A stretch of 59,838 nt of DNA from Candidatus Bipolaricaulota bacterium. Lineage in GTDB: Bacteria; Bipolaricaulota; Bipolaricaulia; M55B111. Under the pieces are notes generated by a model. It was given only the letters and a program-made list of their open reading frames with translations, searched no databases and was not told the origin of the DNA. Where the stretch lies: assembly GCA_018334915.1 (NCBI GenBank), contig JAGXLB010000002.1, forward strand, positions 1 through 59,838. The letters are read 5' to 3'. Position 1 is the stretch's first letter, and each line of letters starts with the position of its first letter. Below are positions 30,185 to 38,187 of the stretch, piece after piece. The position numbers were made by a program, and so were the translations under genes.

Positions 30185-30606
30185 AGCAAACAGCTTATCG
30201 AGGAGCTTCGCAAGGAAATAGAAGAACATAACTACGACACTACGTCCTGGACGACCCTGTAATTACCGTCCGCGAATAAGATAAACTGCTCAAGGAATTA
30301 CAAGAACTGGAAGAGGATTGCCCCGTATTTCAGTCCCCTACATCTCCGACCCAGAGGGTTGGGGCTTATCTCGCGGACGAGTTCGAATCGGCCGAGCATA
30401 GACAGCCCTTGCTCTCACTTTCAAATGCTTTTGAAGAGGAAGAATTACGGATTTTCAGGAGAGATTATGGAGGAAACTCGGCACCAGAAACGAGCTTGCT
30501 TATATTGCTGAACCCAAACTGGATGGCCTGACAGTAGAACTGACTTACGAAAACGGCGAGCCGGCACTAGGGCTAACGAGAAGAGACGGCCGGACCGGAG
30601 AGAACC
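30181..30606 (+). pseudogene. ligA: Decayed 5' remnant of NAD-dependent DNA ligase
   Basis: Three-frame reading gives QLIEELRKEIEEHNYD / [49 protein letters not shown] / [39 protein letters not shown]. The KxDG adenylation motif is present. The remnant has three frameshifts and one TAA (30277-30279), and it is truncated. Confidence 0.8.
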
Positions 30607-30634
30607 CGGGATCGGAGTACGAAGTCGCCCAGGT

Positions 30635-31333
30635 TCAGAACCCCAATCGGTTGAACCACTTTTCTCCTTCTATACCCAGGTACTGAGCAGCTAGCTTTAC
30701 GTTCTCGAGCGCGGCAGCCAGGAAAACCCTATCACCCGATTTTATAGTCCGATTACCCCGAGGAATAATAAACTCGTCTTCCCTATAGATCCCCGCGATA
30801 ACACAATCCTCGGGAAAGCTTTTGTCCTGAGTCACTTCGGCGACCGTTTTGTCCGAGCCTTTTGAACCCTCGGGAACCGAAACGATAACTATAGATGCTT
30901 TTCCCCCTCCTATAGTCGCCACCCGCTGTAGCTTGGGCTGTTCGATTTCCATGGTGAATTGATCCAGGTATAGATCGACAACGTTAATTACCTTCGTCAC
31001 CCCGGCTGCCTTATAAGCCTCTTCGTACTTCGAGTTTCTCATCCTTGTAAAAATCCGGGAGACGCCGTAATTGTTCGCCAGCAAGGAAAAAGAGAGATTA
31101 TCGGCGTCCCGCCTCATCAGTGCGACCGCTACGTCCGCTTCGTCTAGCCCGGCATCTTCCAGCACGTCCACTTCGGTTGCGTCGCCGTGGACAGAAACCG
31201 CTCCGTATTCTCTATATACCTTGTCACACGCCTCCTCGTCTTTATCCACGACTACCACGTCGTGCTTGTTCTCTACCAGTCTTTTAGCTAACCCCCTGCC
31301 AAGCAAACCGGCACCGGCAATTACTATATACAT
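30635..31333 (-). CDS. trkA: Trk/Ktr K+ uptake system regulatory subunit (TrkA_N plus TrkA_C, KtrA-sized)
   Basis: Rossmann motif [16 protein letters not shown] and a C-terminal RCK_C-like domain. Adjacent to trkH. Confidence 0.88.
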   Translation of the reverse strand: MYIVIAGAGLLGRGLAKRLVENKHDVVVVDKDEEACDKVYREYGAVSVHGDATEVDVLEDAGLDEADVAVALMRRDADNLSFSLLANNYGVSRIFTRMRNSKYEEAYKAAGVTKVINVVDLYLDQFTMEIEQPKLQRVATIGGGKASIVIVSVPEGSKGSDKTVAEVTQDKSFPEDCVIAGIYREDEFIIPRGNRTIKSGDRVFLAAALENVKLAAQYLGIEGEKWFNRLGF

Positions 31334-31336
31334 AAA

Positions 31337-32815
31337 TTACCTCCAGACAATCCTGGTAAACAGCATTATAATTGGTAAAATCTCCAGCCTTCCGGCTAAC
31401 ATACCGACGATGTAGGTAATTCTAATTATTGGGTGCAACGCAGACCACTCCTCCAGAGGAATGTAACTCGGCCCCATGTTGCCCATGGCTGAGAACATAC
31501 CCGATACGGAAGCCAGGACACCCAGATTAGAGAAATAGCCCGTAATCAAACTACCTACCAGTAAAAACCCCATCCAGGCAAATAAAAGAGCGGCTATTCT
31601 CCGTATTTCTTTTGTGGGGATAACCTCTCCGTCGACAATTAACAGGTTTACGGCTCGAGATGGGAGAGACAAAGATCTAATCTGACGGGCAACCATTTTA
31701 CCGAGTATCCCCACTCGAAGAACTTTGAATCCACCTGCGGTCGATCCGACACTACCTCCAACAACCATGAGGACCAGAAAGACTATCTTGGCTCCCGTTG
31801 GGAAGTACATACTTCCTATATCTTTAGTGGCGTATCCCGTCGAGGTAACGAGGGCAACCACCTGAAAGAGTCCGTGACGTATTACGTCCCAGACTTCGGA
31901 AACCCCGAAATTTACGAAGTGACTCAGCGCAACCAGGGCGAGACTACCGAGGATAATCTTCCAGAATAACCTTATTTCCAGGCCTTCCCACAGAGCTTTG
32001 AGTTCACCCCGTAAAACGCGGTAATGAACTACAAAACTCATCCCGCCCAGAGTCATGGCTCCAATGAATGTTAGTTCGATCATGCGGTAGTTGGAGTAAC
32101 CGGCCTTACGAAAGTAATCGATACTGGCGTCGTGAGTTGAGAAACCACCAGTGGAAGGAGCAGTAAGGGCATGGTTCAACGCGTCGAACCAGCTTAGACC
32201 CTGCAGGAGAAGGACGAATCCGATAATCACGGTGAAAAGACTGTAAATTGACCACAAAATCTTGAGCGTGTGGAACAGTCCTGGGGCGGGCCGGGCGGAA
32301 AATATTTTGTGACTTTCCGCTCCAAAAAGTTTGTGAGAAACTTCGCCACGGAAAACCAGAATCAGGAACAGAGTCAATATCCCCAGACCACCTATCCACT
32401 GGGTTAAAGATCTCCAGAAGAGGATATGGTGCGGCATAGAGTCGAGACCCTGGAGGATGGTTATACCTGTTGTGGTAAATCCACTTGTGGACTCGAAAAC
32501 GGCGTTCAAAAAACCAATATCGAGCCCTATGAACAAGGGCAAAGCACCGATAATCGAGACAGTTATCCAGCCAAGCGAAACAACGACCAATGACTCCTTG
32601 CCGCTCAACGGTCTAAAATCTATAGACCTGCTTAGTAATCCCCCCAGTAACAGGGAAACCGCGGCTGGTATGAGGAACGGTAAAAGTACGGACAACTCAA
32701 AAGAAATCTGGGACGAAAAAGGTATTATCGTCAGCGGGGCAAGTATGATGAACCCAAAAACCCAGAGCAACGCCCCTACGTACCGCAACCTGGTCAACCA
32801 GTGTTCTACCTTCAT
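31337..32815 (-). CDS. trkH: Trk/Ktr family K+ transporter membrane subunit
   Basis: 492 aa with four pore-loop-like motifs (SGFTTTG, PSTGGFS, TSTGYAT, GSTAGGFK). Confidence 0.9.
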   Translation of the reverse strand: MKVEHWLTRLRYVGALLWVFGFIILAPLTIIPFSSQISFELSVLLPFLIPAAVSLLLGGLLSRSIDFRPLSGKESLVVVSLGWITVSIIGALPLFIGLDIGFLNAVFESTSGFTTTGITILQGLDSMPHHILFWRSLTQWIGGLGILTLFLILVFRGEVSHKLFGAESHKIFSARPAPGLFHTLKILWSIYSLFTVIIGFVLLLQGLSWFDALNHALTAPSTGGFSTHDASIDYFRKAGYSNYRMIELTFIGAMTLGGMSFVVHYRVLRGELKALWEGLEIRLFWKIILGSLALVALSHFVNFGVSEVWDVIRHGLFQVVALVTSTGYATKDIGSMYFPTGAKIVFLVLMVVGGSVGSTAGGFKVLRVGILGKMVARQIRSLSLPSRAVNLLIVDGEVIPTKEIRRIAALLFAWMGFLLVGSLITGYFSNLGVLASVSGMFSAMGNMGPSYIPLEEWSALHPIIRITYIVGMLAGRLEILPIIMLFTRIVWR

Positions 32816-33111
32816 CCTGCTAACCCCTATTCGATATAAGAGTTAAAATTTTTCCGTGGATATTTGGATAATTGAAAATCTCAATCCTATCATAAAAAAT
32901 TAACTTCCGACTTACCAGTACTGTTGTCTACAATAAACTGTCCCCCTTCACTGAGTCAGTCGGGGTTCAGGACCTTCTCCAGACAACTCCGTTTACTCAG
33001 TAGCATTTTTTGCTGGATGAGCAAATAGAACTCTAAAATCGGAATCTTTTGTATTTTTATCCGACTTGTGCTATATTTTATCAAATCTAAATAAACAGGG
33101 GGAAAGAAGAC

Positions 33112-33534
33112 ATGTCAGATCGACCAGTAGACTACTTAAAAGAAGTACCACTTTTTTCCAGCTTCAGTAAAAAGCAACTTAAATCAGTTGTAAAGACTGC
33201 CAAAGAGAAAGAATTTGAGGAAGGAGATACAATAGTCAGAGAAGGGGAGGCGACCAAAGTTGGGTTTTACTTGATCCTTGATGGCCAGGTCGAGGTTAAA
33301 CGAGGTGATAAATCGCTTGCAAAGCTGGGCTCGGGGCAGTTTTTTGGAGAGATGGCAGTATTGGACGAAAAGCCTCGTTCAGCTGACGTAATTGCGATTA
33401 CTGATACCAAATGTCTCCTGCTGACCAACTGGGATTTCAAAGCGTTAATAAAAACTTATCCCGAGATGGCGATGAACGTAATCTCGGAACTCGCCAGTCG
33501 ATTGCGCCAGACCAGCCAGGCTCTAACCAAATAG
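33112..33534 (+). CDS. Stand-alone cyclic-nucleotide-binding domain protein
   Basis: CAP_ED signature FFGEMAVLDEKPRSADVIA. At 140 aa it has no output domain. Confidence 0.8.
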   Translation: MSDRPVDYLKEVPLFSSFSKKQLKSVVKTAKEKEFEEGDTIVREGEATKVGFYLILDGQVEVKRGDKSLAKLGSGQFFGEMAVLDEKPRSADVIAITDTKCLLLTNWDFKALIKTYPEMAMNVISELASRLRQTSQALTK

Positions 33535-33553
33535 CCCTTCACAGGCCACCTTA

Positions 33554-34489
33554 ATGCCAGAACAGGACCAACAGGCAGTACTATTCAGTGATATAAGGGA
33601 CTTCACTTCCTTTACAGCTCGACGGGGAGATCAGGAAGCTTACAGGATAGTCCAAACTTTCGTCAATCTGGTGGAGGAGCAGGTTCGAAGCCAACGCGGA
33701 AAAGTAGTAAAAACCTACGGGGACGGTGTAATGAATACCTTTCCAAACGTAGAAAGTGGACTCAAAGCTGCAATAAGTATGCAGCGAGCGCTTCAGGATT
33801 ACAACGAAGCAAACCCCAAATCCACGATTGCCGCGGGCATAGGACTCAACTGGGGAGAGATTATTCGAGACCAGGACGACGTATTCGGCCATTCCGTAAA
33901 TATGGCTGCCCGGCTGGCTGATTCGGCGAAAGGAGGGCAAATACTTGTAACGCCAGCTATTCGGAGTAAGTCAGAAAGTCCGGAAGACTACGAATTTGTG
34001 GATTTGGATTACCGGGAATTAAAGGGTATTGGCAGGAAAAAGGTTTTAGAGCTTCACTGGCGAGACGAGGTTAGCAGGCTGAAAACGAAAAATAACGAGC
34101 TAAACTTAATTTTGACCGAAGACAACCTATCGATTGAGTTAAGTAAGGAACTACAAAATGAGATTAAAAGTGTTACAGAGGGGATAAGGAGAGAAGCAAA
34201 AAGTGAATCGGGCTTTACCAAATTTATTCTCGAGAAAGTGGAAACTTACGTCGATAGGTACCTCTCCAGAATCCTGGGCTGGGCCCTTGCAAAGAAGGGA
34301 ATTGGGCTGGAGCATCCGATAAAGGAAACCCGACTTGAACTCAAGGAGGATAGTCTTTCCTTCTACATAAGAGGGAACGAAGCTCTTACTCTTACCGAAG
34401 AAGAGGTAGAAGTTTCTTCTGCCAAAAAATTCGCAAAAAAATTCAGAAAGCTAAAATCTTCTTGTTCAACTAACACTGGCGGGCATTAA
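33554..34489 (+). CDS. Class III adenylate/guanylate cyclase domain protein with an uncharacterised C-terminal half
   Basis: VLFSDIRDFTSF...TYGDGVMNTF...GHSVNMAARL. It starts 20 nt after the cNMP-binding gene. Confidence 0.8.
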   Translation: MPEQDQQAVLFSDIRDFTSFTARRGDQEAYRIVQTFVNLVEEQVRSQRGKVVKTYGDGVMNTFPNVESGLKAAISMQRALQDYNEANPKSTIAAGIGLNWGEIIRDQDDVFGHSVNMAARLADSAKGGQILVTPAIRSKSESPEDYEFVDLDYRELKGIGRKKVLELHWRDEVSRLKTKNNELNLILTEDNLSIELSKELQNEIKSVTEGIRREAKSESGFTKFILEKVETYVDRYLSRILGWALAKKGIGLEHPIKETRLELKEDSLSFYIRGNEALTLTEEEVEVSSAKKFAKKFRKLKSSCSTNTGGH

Positions 34490-34552
34490 TTTAATTCAAC
34501 TCGGTTCCTTCAACACTGCTCGAAAGGATATGTAGCTAATAAACACTCAGTC

Positions 34553-34630
34553 CTTTCACCAATGGCAGTCTTATCCCTCTGGCTCGAATAACTGCTCCCT
34601 GTTCCTTGCCTGGCTACCTGGATCTTGCCT
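34553..34630 (+). other. Truncated/degenerate copy (D) of the kdp-associated RNA element
   Basis: A CUUUCACCA box at 34553-34561, then CTCCCTGTTCCTTGCCTGGCTACCTGGAT from 34595. This matches the 5' halves of copies A and C. The 3' half is absent. Confidence 0.5.
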
Positions 34631-34634
34631 AAGT

Positions 34635-35102
34635 TCAGCAGTTTTCTCCTTGATACTTGCCTTTGTAGCCCTCTCTCACTCCTTCCTCCAGTCCAAAAAA
34701 GACTATCTGGCCTATCCTGGCATTCTTTTCCAGAACTATCCCTTCAGGGTTGAGTACTTGCAACAACCCCTGTCCCCTTCCTTCGTACCCGGGATCCCAG
34801 ACGGCCGTAACCAGGTGACAGCCATTTCGTAATAAGGAGGATCGAGGAAATACCAGACCCATGGCATCTTCAGGGATAGAGATCTTTTCGTTATAAGTGA
34901 TTCTATACGAATTCCCACCTTCCAGTTTATCCCCGCTGATATCCTCTCCGGAAGATATTTTTCGGGAAGAATTATCAAAATCCAATCTACCGGCCTCCGT
35001 AAACCTCTCGATCCTTCTCACCGTCAGATCAACGCCTGTCCCCTGACGCTGCACGTCTTCGTTAACAAAGTTTTCAACGTATCCTTCATGGGAAATGATC
35101 AT
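34635..35102 (-). CDS. dut: dUTPase / dCTP deaminase-superfamily protein (short archaeal-type dUTP diphosphatase-like)
   Basis: GVDLTV...PRSSLLRNG...VWDPGYEGRG...KNARIGQIVFF...YKGKYQGE. The start is uncertain (ATG at 35102 is preferred, 35174 is possible). Confidence 0.65.
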   Translation of the reverse strand: MIISHEGYVENFVNEDVQRQGTGVDLTVRRIERFTEAGRLDFDNSSRKISSGEDISGDKLEGGNSYRITYNEKISIPEDAMGLVFPRSSLLRNGCHLVTAVWDPGYEGRGQGLLQVLNPEGIVLEKNARIGQIVFFGLEEGVREGYKGKYQGENC

Positions 35103-35324
35103 CGATAAAATCACCACGCAATCGAATTTATTAAGACTAATACAGTCGTACTGGAAACAAAAGGGGGCAAACATATAAAACTAAGAACCGAGCAGGCACG
35201 GTTCCACCCTTTCAACAATACAGAGCAGGCCAGGTTCCCGTGCCCGGCCGACACGTTAGTTTCGACCTCCGGGCTTCCCGGGCCGAGACAAAAGTAGGAG
35301 AACGATGAGTCGATATAAAGTTAA

Positions 35325-35509
35325 GTTCTCTGGTAATTGTTCGATAAAACCGCATCCAGCACTCAATTGGGCACTACATTTCGAAAGAGGCAAGTAGTTG
35401 TTTTATCGGCAATTTATGACGAATTTCCCCAGTACACGGATGGAGGCTCCAATTGAGTGCTGGACAGCTCGGCCTCCGATAGGATTTTCCTGAACAATTA
35501 CCAGAGAAC
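35325..35509. repeat. Nested perfect palindromes: outer 18-bp arms (35325-35342 / 35492-35509), inner 15-16-bp arms (35356-35370 / 35449-35463)
   Basis: The arms are exact reverse complements by direct reading. An alternative helix CGATAAAAC (35342-35350) / GTTTTATCG (35400-35408) competes with the inner helix. Confidence 0.8.
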
Positions 35510-35600
35510 CTGAAGAGACGCGTTCAATATTTTAGCCTTTTGTTGTTAAGGGCTCCGGGCCGAGAAAATCCCAGCGAAGCGGCGCAAGGTCCGTCATCTA

Positions 35601-35684
35601 CTCCTCCCCACTTACCTGGCAACTAATTTAACCTTTTAAAATCGACAGTAGACTAAATCCGGCAGCCAGGCAAGTGGGGAAGAG
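35601..35684 (-). ncRNA. Copy A of the conserved 84-nt hairpin element (hairpin only)
   Basis: Core CCUGGCUGCCGGAUU...AGGUUAAAUUAGUUGCCAGG closed by a 19-bp helix. Its two G-U pairs are valid only on the minus strand. Confidence 0.65.
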
Positions 35685-35818
35685 CATAGGGAGAACGGTT
35701 TGGCAGTGCCAACTCTTACTGCGGTAAATTTGTAGTAGTCGAACTTGAGCAGAAATAACTCCGTTTTAGCACGCGAGTCGGAAATTTCTTGGGCCGGGAC
35801 CCAGGAACGCCTGCAATC

Positions 35819-35847
35819 TTTGAACTTCTACGCTCAGGTGGTAAAAT
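35819..35847 (+). promoter_or_regulatory. Putative sigma70-type promoter for the 35868 membrane-protein gene
   Basis: TTGAAC (35819-35824), 17-nt spacer, TAAAAT (35842-35847). Confidence 0.4.
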
Positions 35848-35867
35848 GACCCTGGTGATGCTTCATC

Positions 35868-36419
35868 GTGCCAAAAGAGAACCAAAAAACTCCATTCCTG
35901 ATAGCAATATCTTACCTTGCTGCCTTCGTTTTTATCCGTTTAATGGTAATTATAGCCGGTTCAGCAAACAGCGAAATCGCTCAGATAGTCAAAGGGGGTT
36001 CGACTTTAACCCATTTCCACATTGGGAGAAATATTATCCTGTTTGGCTATCACATTCACCATTTCTACTTCGGCATCCTCTTAATTGGAATTGCGGGTTG
36101 GCTGGCAATAGCCGGAAGAACGGGTATAAGCAAGGAAAAACTTGCCCTGGTCTACGGAGCCGGCCTCGGTCTGCTCATGGACGAAATCGGACTGCTGCTA
36201 ACCTGGGGAAATTACGCTTCCACCCTCAGTTATCTGCTCGGGGTATTTCTCCTCGGGATAATCTTCAGTCTCGTCTACTTCCCCAGATTCTGGAAAAGCA
36301 TCCACGAAAATATAGCCTGGGTTAAGTATCCCCTCTTCCTGGTAGACAAAGTATCGGAAAAGGTAATAAAACTAACCGACAGGTTTATCAGCAAAGATTC
36401 GGAATCGGAAGACGATTAA
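35868..36419 (+). CDS. Hypothetical integral membrane protein (about 4-5 TM helices)
   Basis: 183-aa ORF (GTG start) with clear TM helices. Preferred over the overlapping R-rich frame 35789-36325. Confidence 0.55.
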   Translation: MPKENQKTPFLIAISYLAAFVFIRLMVIIAGSANSEIAQIVKGGSTLTHFHIGRNIILFGYHIHHFYFGILLIGIAGWLAIAGRTGISKEKLALVYGAGLGLLMDEIGLLLTWGNYASTLSYLLGVFLLGIIFSLVYFPRFWKSIHENIAWVKYPLFLVDKVSEKVIKLTDRFISKDSESEDD

Positions 36420-36430
36420 GCCTTCCCTTT

Positions 36431-37114
36431 TTACTCAGCCCGAGATCTTGTTGCCACGAAATAAACCAGCACAAAAGCAAACAGGATAAAAACTAACCCG
36501 CCAGCGACCAGTCCTATGCCGATACCTTTGACCATTGGGATTTTTACTCCAATCTCACCGTCGATATCCAGTCCTCTGGAAGCATCGTGATTCATTAAGG
36601 CAATGGAGTACCGGCCCTCTTCGAGACCCCAGCGCAGTATCTGAGTACCACTTCCGACAGTCGATGCAGTCCAGAAGTCCTTCTCAGTCGGGAGCTCGGC
36701 AGGTGCTTCACCGGGAAATTCCCGATAAGATATCCTTGGTCTACCGAATGGATTGTTCATGTGCAACTCCCCGATCTCGTCGTAAGCAACGTCGCTAAAA
36801 TACCCCAGAAGGTCTCTTTCTTCCGCTATACCAATGAACGTCTTCTTTACCCTGTTATTTCTCGCGGTTAGCTTCACTTCGACGAGATTCGACCAGTCGA
36901 AGAACCAGGCTGGACCAAATTCTATATGGGCCGGATATGTAGTCACTCCGTAAGAATTGCGTTCTATATCTATCGTTCTTGTAGTGTAATACCCTTCATC
37001 ATCTCTCATGAAAGTATTCGACCACAAAAGTGCCCCGCCACCGGCAATCAAGCCTAATCCAATTAACAAAATCAATACGGAAACAATGATCAGAACTATT
37101 TTTCCTCCACTCAT
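36431..37114 (-). CDS. Hypothetical membrane protein (N- and C-terminal TM helices, central extracytoplasmic domain)
   Basis: 227-aa ORF. No motif was recognised. Confidence 0.5.
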   Translation of the reverse strand: MSGGKIVLIIVSVLILLIGLGLIAGGGALLWSNTFMRDDEGYYTTRTIDIERNSYGVTTYPAHIEFGPAWFFDWSNLVEVKLTARNNRVKKTFIGIAEERDLLGYFSDVAYDEIGELHMNNPFGRPRISYREFPGEAPAELPTEKDFWTASTVGSGTQILRWGLEEGRYSIALMNHDASRGLDIDGEIGVKIPMVKGIGIGLVAGGLVFILFAFVLVYFVATRSRAE

Positions 37115-37144
37115 ACTATCCTCCTCTCAAACGTAGTATTATGC

Positions 37145-37804
37145 TTATTCCCACCCACTAAAGTCGAACGCCGGGTATTTGTCCGTTATCAGCAGAAAGG
37201 CGTATGCCAGGACCCGGAGGTTCCAGTGGTAAACGTTGACCACGAAGTCGAACATACCTCTCGGATATCTTCCCGTAAAGAGTATGGCAAACCAGGCAAT
37301 TATGACCACCATGGTGGCAGCAATATTAAGAAAGAAAAGGATTATGTAATGCGGTATTGCCAGGAACCATTTAATCAGAGGCATCCACGAAGTTAATTCT
37401 TCCGATACTTCCGGATAGTGCAAATCCAGATGTACGCCCTGTTCATCGTCCGTCGAGGGATAAGTGTCCGTCAATAGCGCCATATACGAAAAGACCCTCG
37501 CCACGAACTTCGCCATGTTGATATTCCAGTCGAACCACCAGCGAGGATACTTCTTCCGAAATATAATCATTAACGCCGTAGGGACGACCACGAATGCCGC
37601 TGCATTCTGCCAATCCCACTGGCCTATCCATCCCCAGCCCCAGGGTGCGCTTTCCCAGAAAACCGGGGCACCGGAAAGGGTCCCGAGAACTATCAATATT
37701 GGTATAGCTACTATGGGCCTAAAGAACGTGGTAAATCGGTCTAGTTGCCTGTCAGGATACTCGATAGTCAATTTTGTAGGTTTCTCACTAGTTGCTCGTT
37801 CCAT
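37145..37804 (-). CDS. DUF4389-like membrane protein
   Basis: The pattern LIKWFLAIPHYIILFFL...IAWFAILFTGRYPRGMFDFVVNVYHWNLRVLAYAFLLTDKYP is typical of DUF4389. Confidence 0.65.
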   Translation of the reverse strand: MERATSEKPTKLTIEYPDRQLDRFTTFFRPIVAIPILIVLGTLSGAPVFWESAPWGWGWIGQWDWQNAAAFVVVPTALMIIFRKKYPRWWFDWNINMAKFVARVFSYMALLTDTYPSTDDEQGVHLDLHYPEVSEELTSWMPLIKWFLAIPHYIILFFLNIAATMVVIIAWFAILFTGRYPRGMFDFVVNVYHWNLRVLAYAFLLITDKYPAFDFSGWE

Positions 37805-37821
37805 AGTTACCTCCTACATAA

Positions 37822-37830
37822 TGTTATAAT
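37822..37830 (+). promoter_or_regulatory. Extended -10 promoter element (TGTTATAAT) for the kdp leader
   Basis: An exact TGnTATAAT in the 33-nt gap between the divergent gene start (37804) and the first helix strand of the leader RNA (37838). Confidence 0.5.
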
Positions 37831-37837
37831 ATCTCAG

Positions 37838-38029
37838 TTCCTTCACCACCACCAGGAGCAAGTTGTAGGTTATAAGAGAGAATCATATTGCCTAGTTAAA
37901 GCCTCCTGCCTATTACCTTGGCTGCCGGGATTTCGGCTACTGGTAGGATTTTAAGGTTAAATCAGTTACCAGGTAATAGGCAGGAGATACAGGAGGACAA
38001 AACGATGATGTACAGGGATGGTGAAGGAA
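37838..38029 (+). promoter_or_regulatory. Unit B of the structured RNA element; forms the kdpFABC 5' leader
   Basis: The outer helix UUCCUUCACCA (37838-37848) / UGGUGAAGGAA (38019-38029) encloses the conserved 84-nt hairpin at 37903-37986. The unit ends 70 nt upstream of kdpF. Confidence 0.7.
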
Positions 38030-38099
38030 TAAAATTTTGCATCACGTAACCTGTTCGGTATAATTCACCTCGTGATAATTGAGCCAAAGGAGGTTTTCG

Positions 38100-38186
38100 A
38101 TGGGTGGACAAATGTTACTGGCAGTTGTGGCTGGATTCATCTTCCTCTACCTGGGTTACGTCCTGCTTTATCCGGAGAGGTTTTAG
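38100..38186 (+). CDS. kdpF: K+-transporting ATPase small subunit KdpF (28 aa, absent from the ORF track)
   Basis: SD AAAGGAGG 6 nt upstream. MGGQMLLAVVAGFIFLYLGYVLLYPERF has the KdpF single TM helix and the C-terminal L..PERF motif. The stop lies 1 nt before the kdpA ATG. Confidence 0.8.
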   Translation: MGGQMLLAVVAGFIFLYLGYVLLYPERF

Positions 38187-38187
38187 T

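Noticed and set aside
32816-33111. A further copy of the kdp-type RNA element upstream of trkH copy 1.
   Set aside because: Reading both strands found no CCUGGCUGCCGG, AGGUUAAAU or UUCACCA/UGGUGAA blocks, only unrelated short hairpins.
35305-35394. A small ORF, MSRYKVKFSGNCSIKPHPALNWALHFERGK, with AGGAG 4 nt upstream.
   Set aside because: It is very short, runs straight through both palindrome arms, has sub-optimal SD spacing and resembles no small protein I know. It is most likely fortuitous.
35325-35509. Whether the 185-nt palindromic unit is 6S RNA or a hammerhead-type ribozyme (a CUGAAGAG lies just 3' at 35510-35518).
   Set aside because: 6S RNAs have imperfect stems around a large central bubble, not 18-bp and 16-bp perfect stems. 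No GAAA / stem II-III arrangement completes a hammerhead core next to CUGAAGAG.
35789-36325. A 178-aa ORF overlapping the 35868-36419 gene in another frame.
   Set aside because: Its product is R/P/S-rich and non-protein-like, whereas the 35868 frame encodes clean TM helices.
37903-37986. Whether the kdp-leader hairpin is the ydaO/yuaA c-di-AMP riboswitch, the usual RNA regulator of kdp/ktr genes.
   Set aside because: The ydaO consensus blocks I recall (GGGGA..CCA, ACGGGGUGAAUC, CCGAA..CCGACAGCUAACCUCGUAAGCG, in a pseudo-two-fold three-way-junction layout) are absent. The element is a single long hairpin inside an outer helix. A cmscan is still needed for certainty.
38005-38049. Treating the kdp-leader uORF as a real small protein gene.
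   Set aside because: Equivalent uORFs are not conserved after copies A and C (A has a different 21-codon ORF and C has none). It is reported only as a possible regulatory feature.
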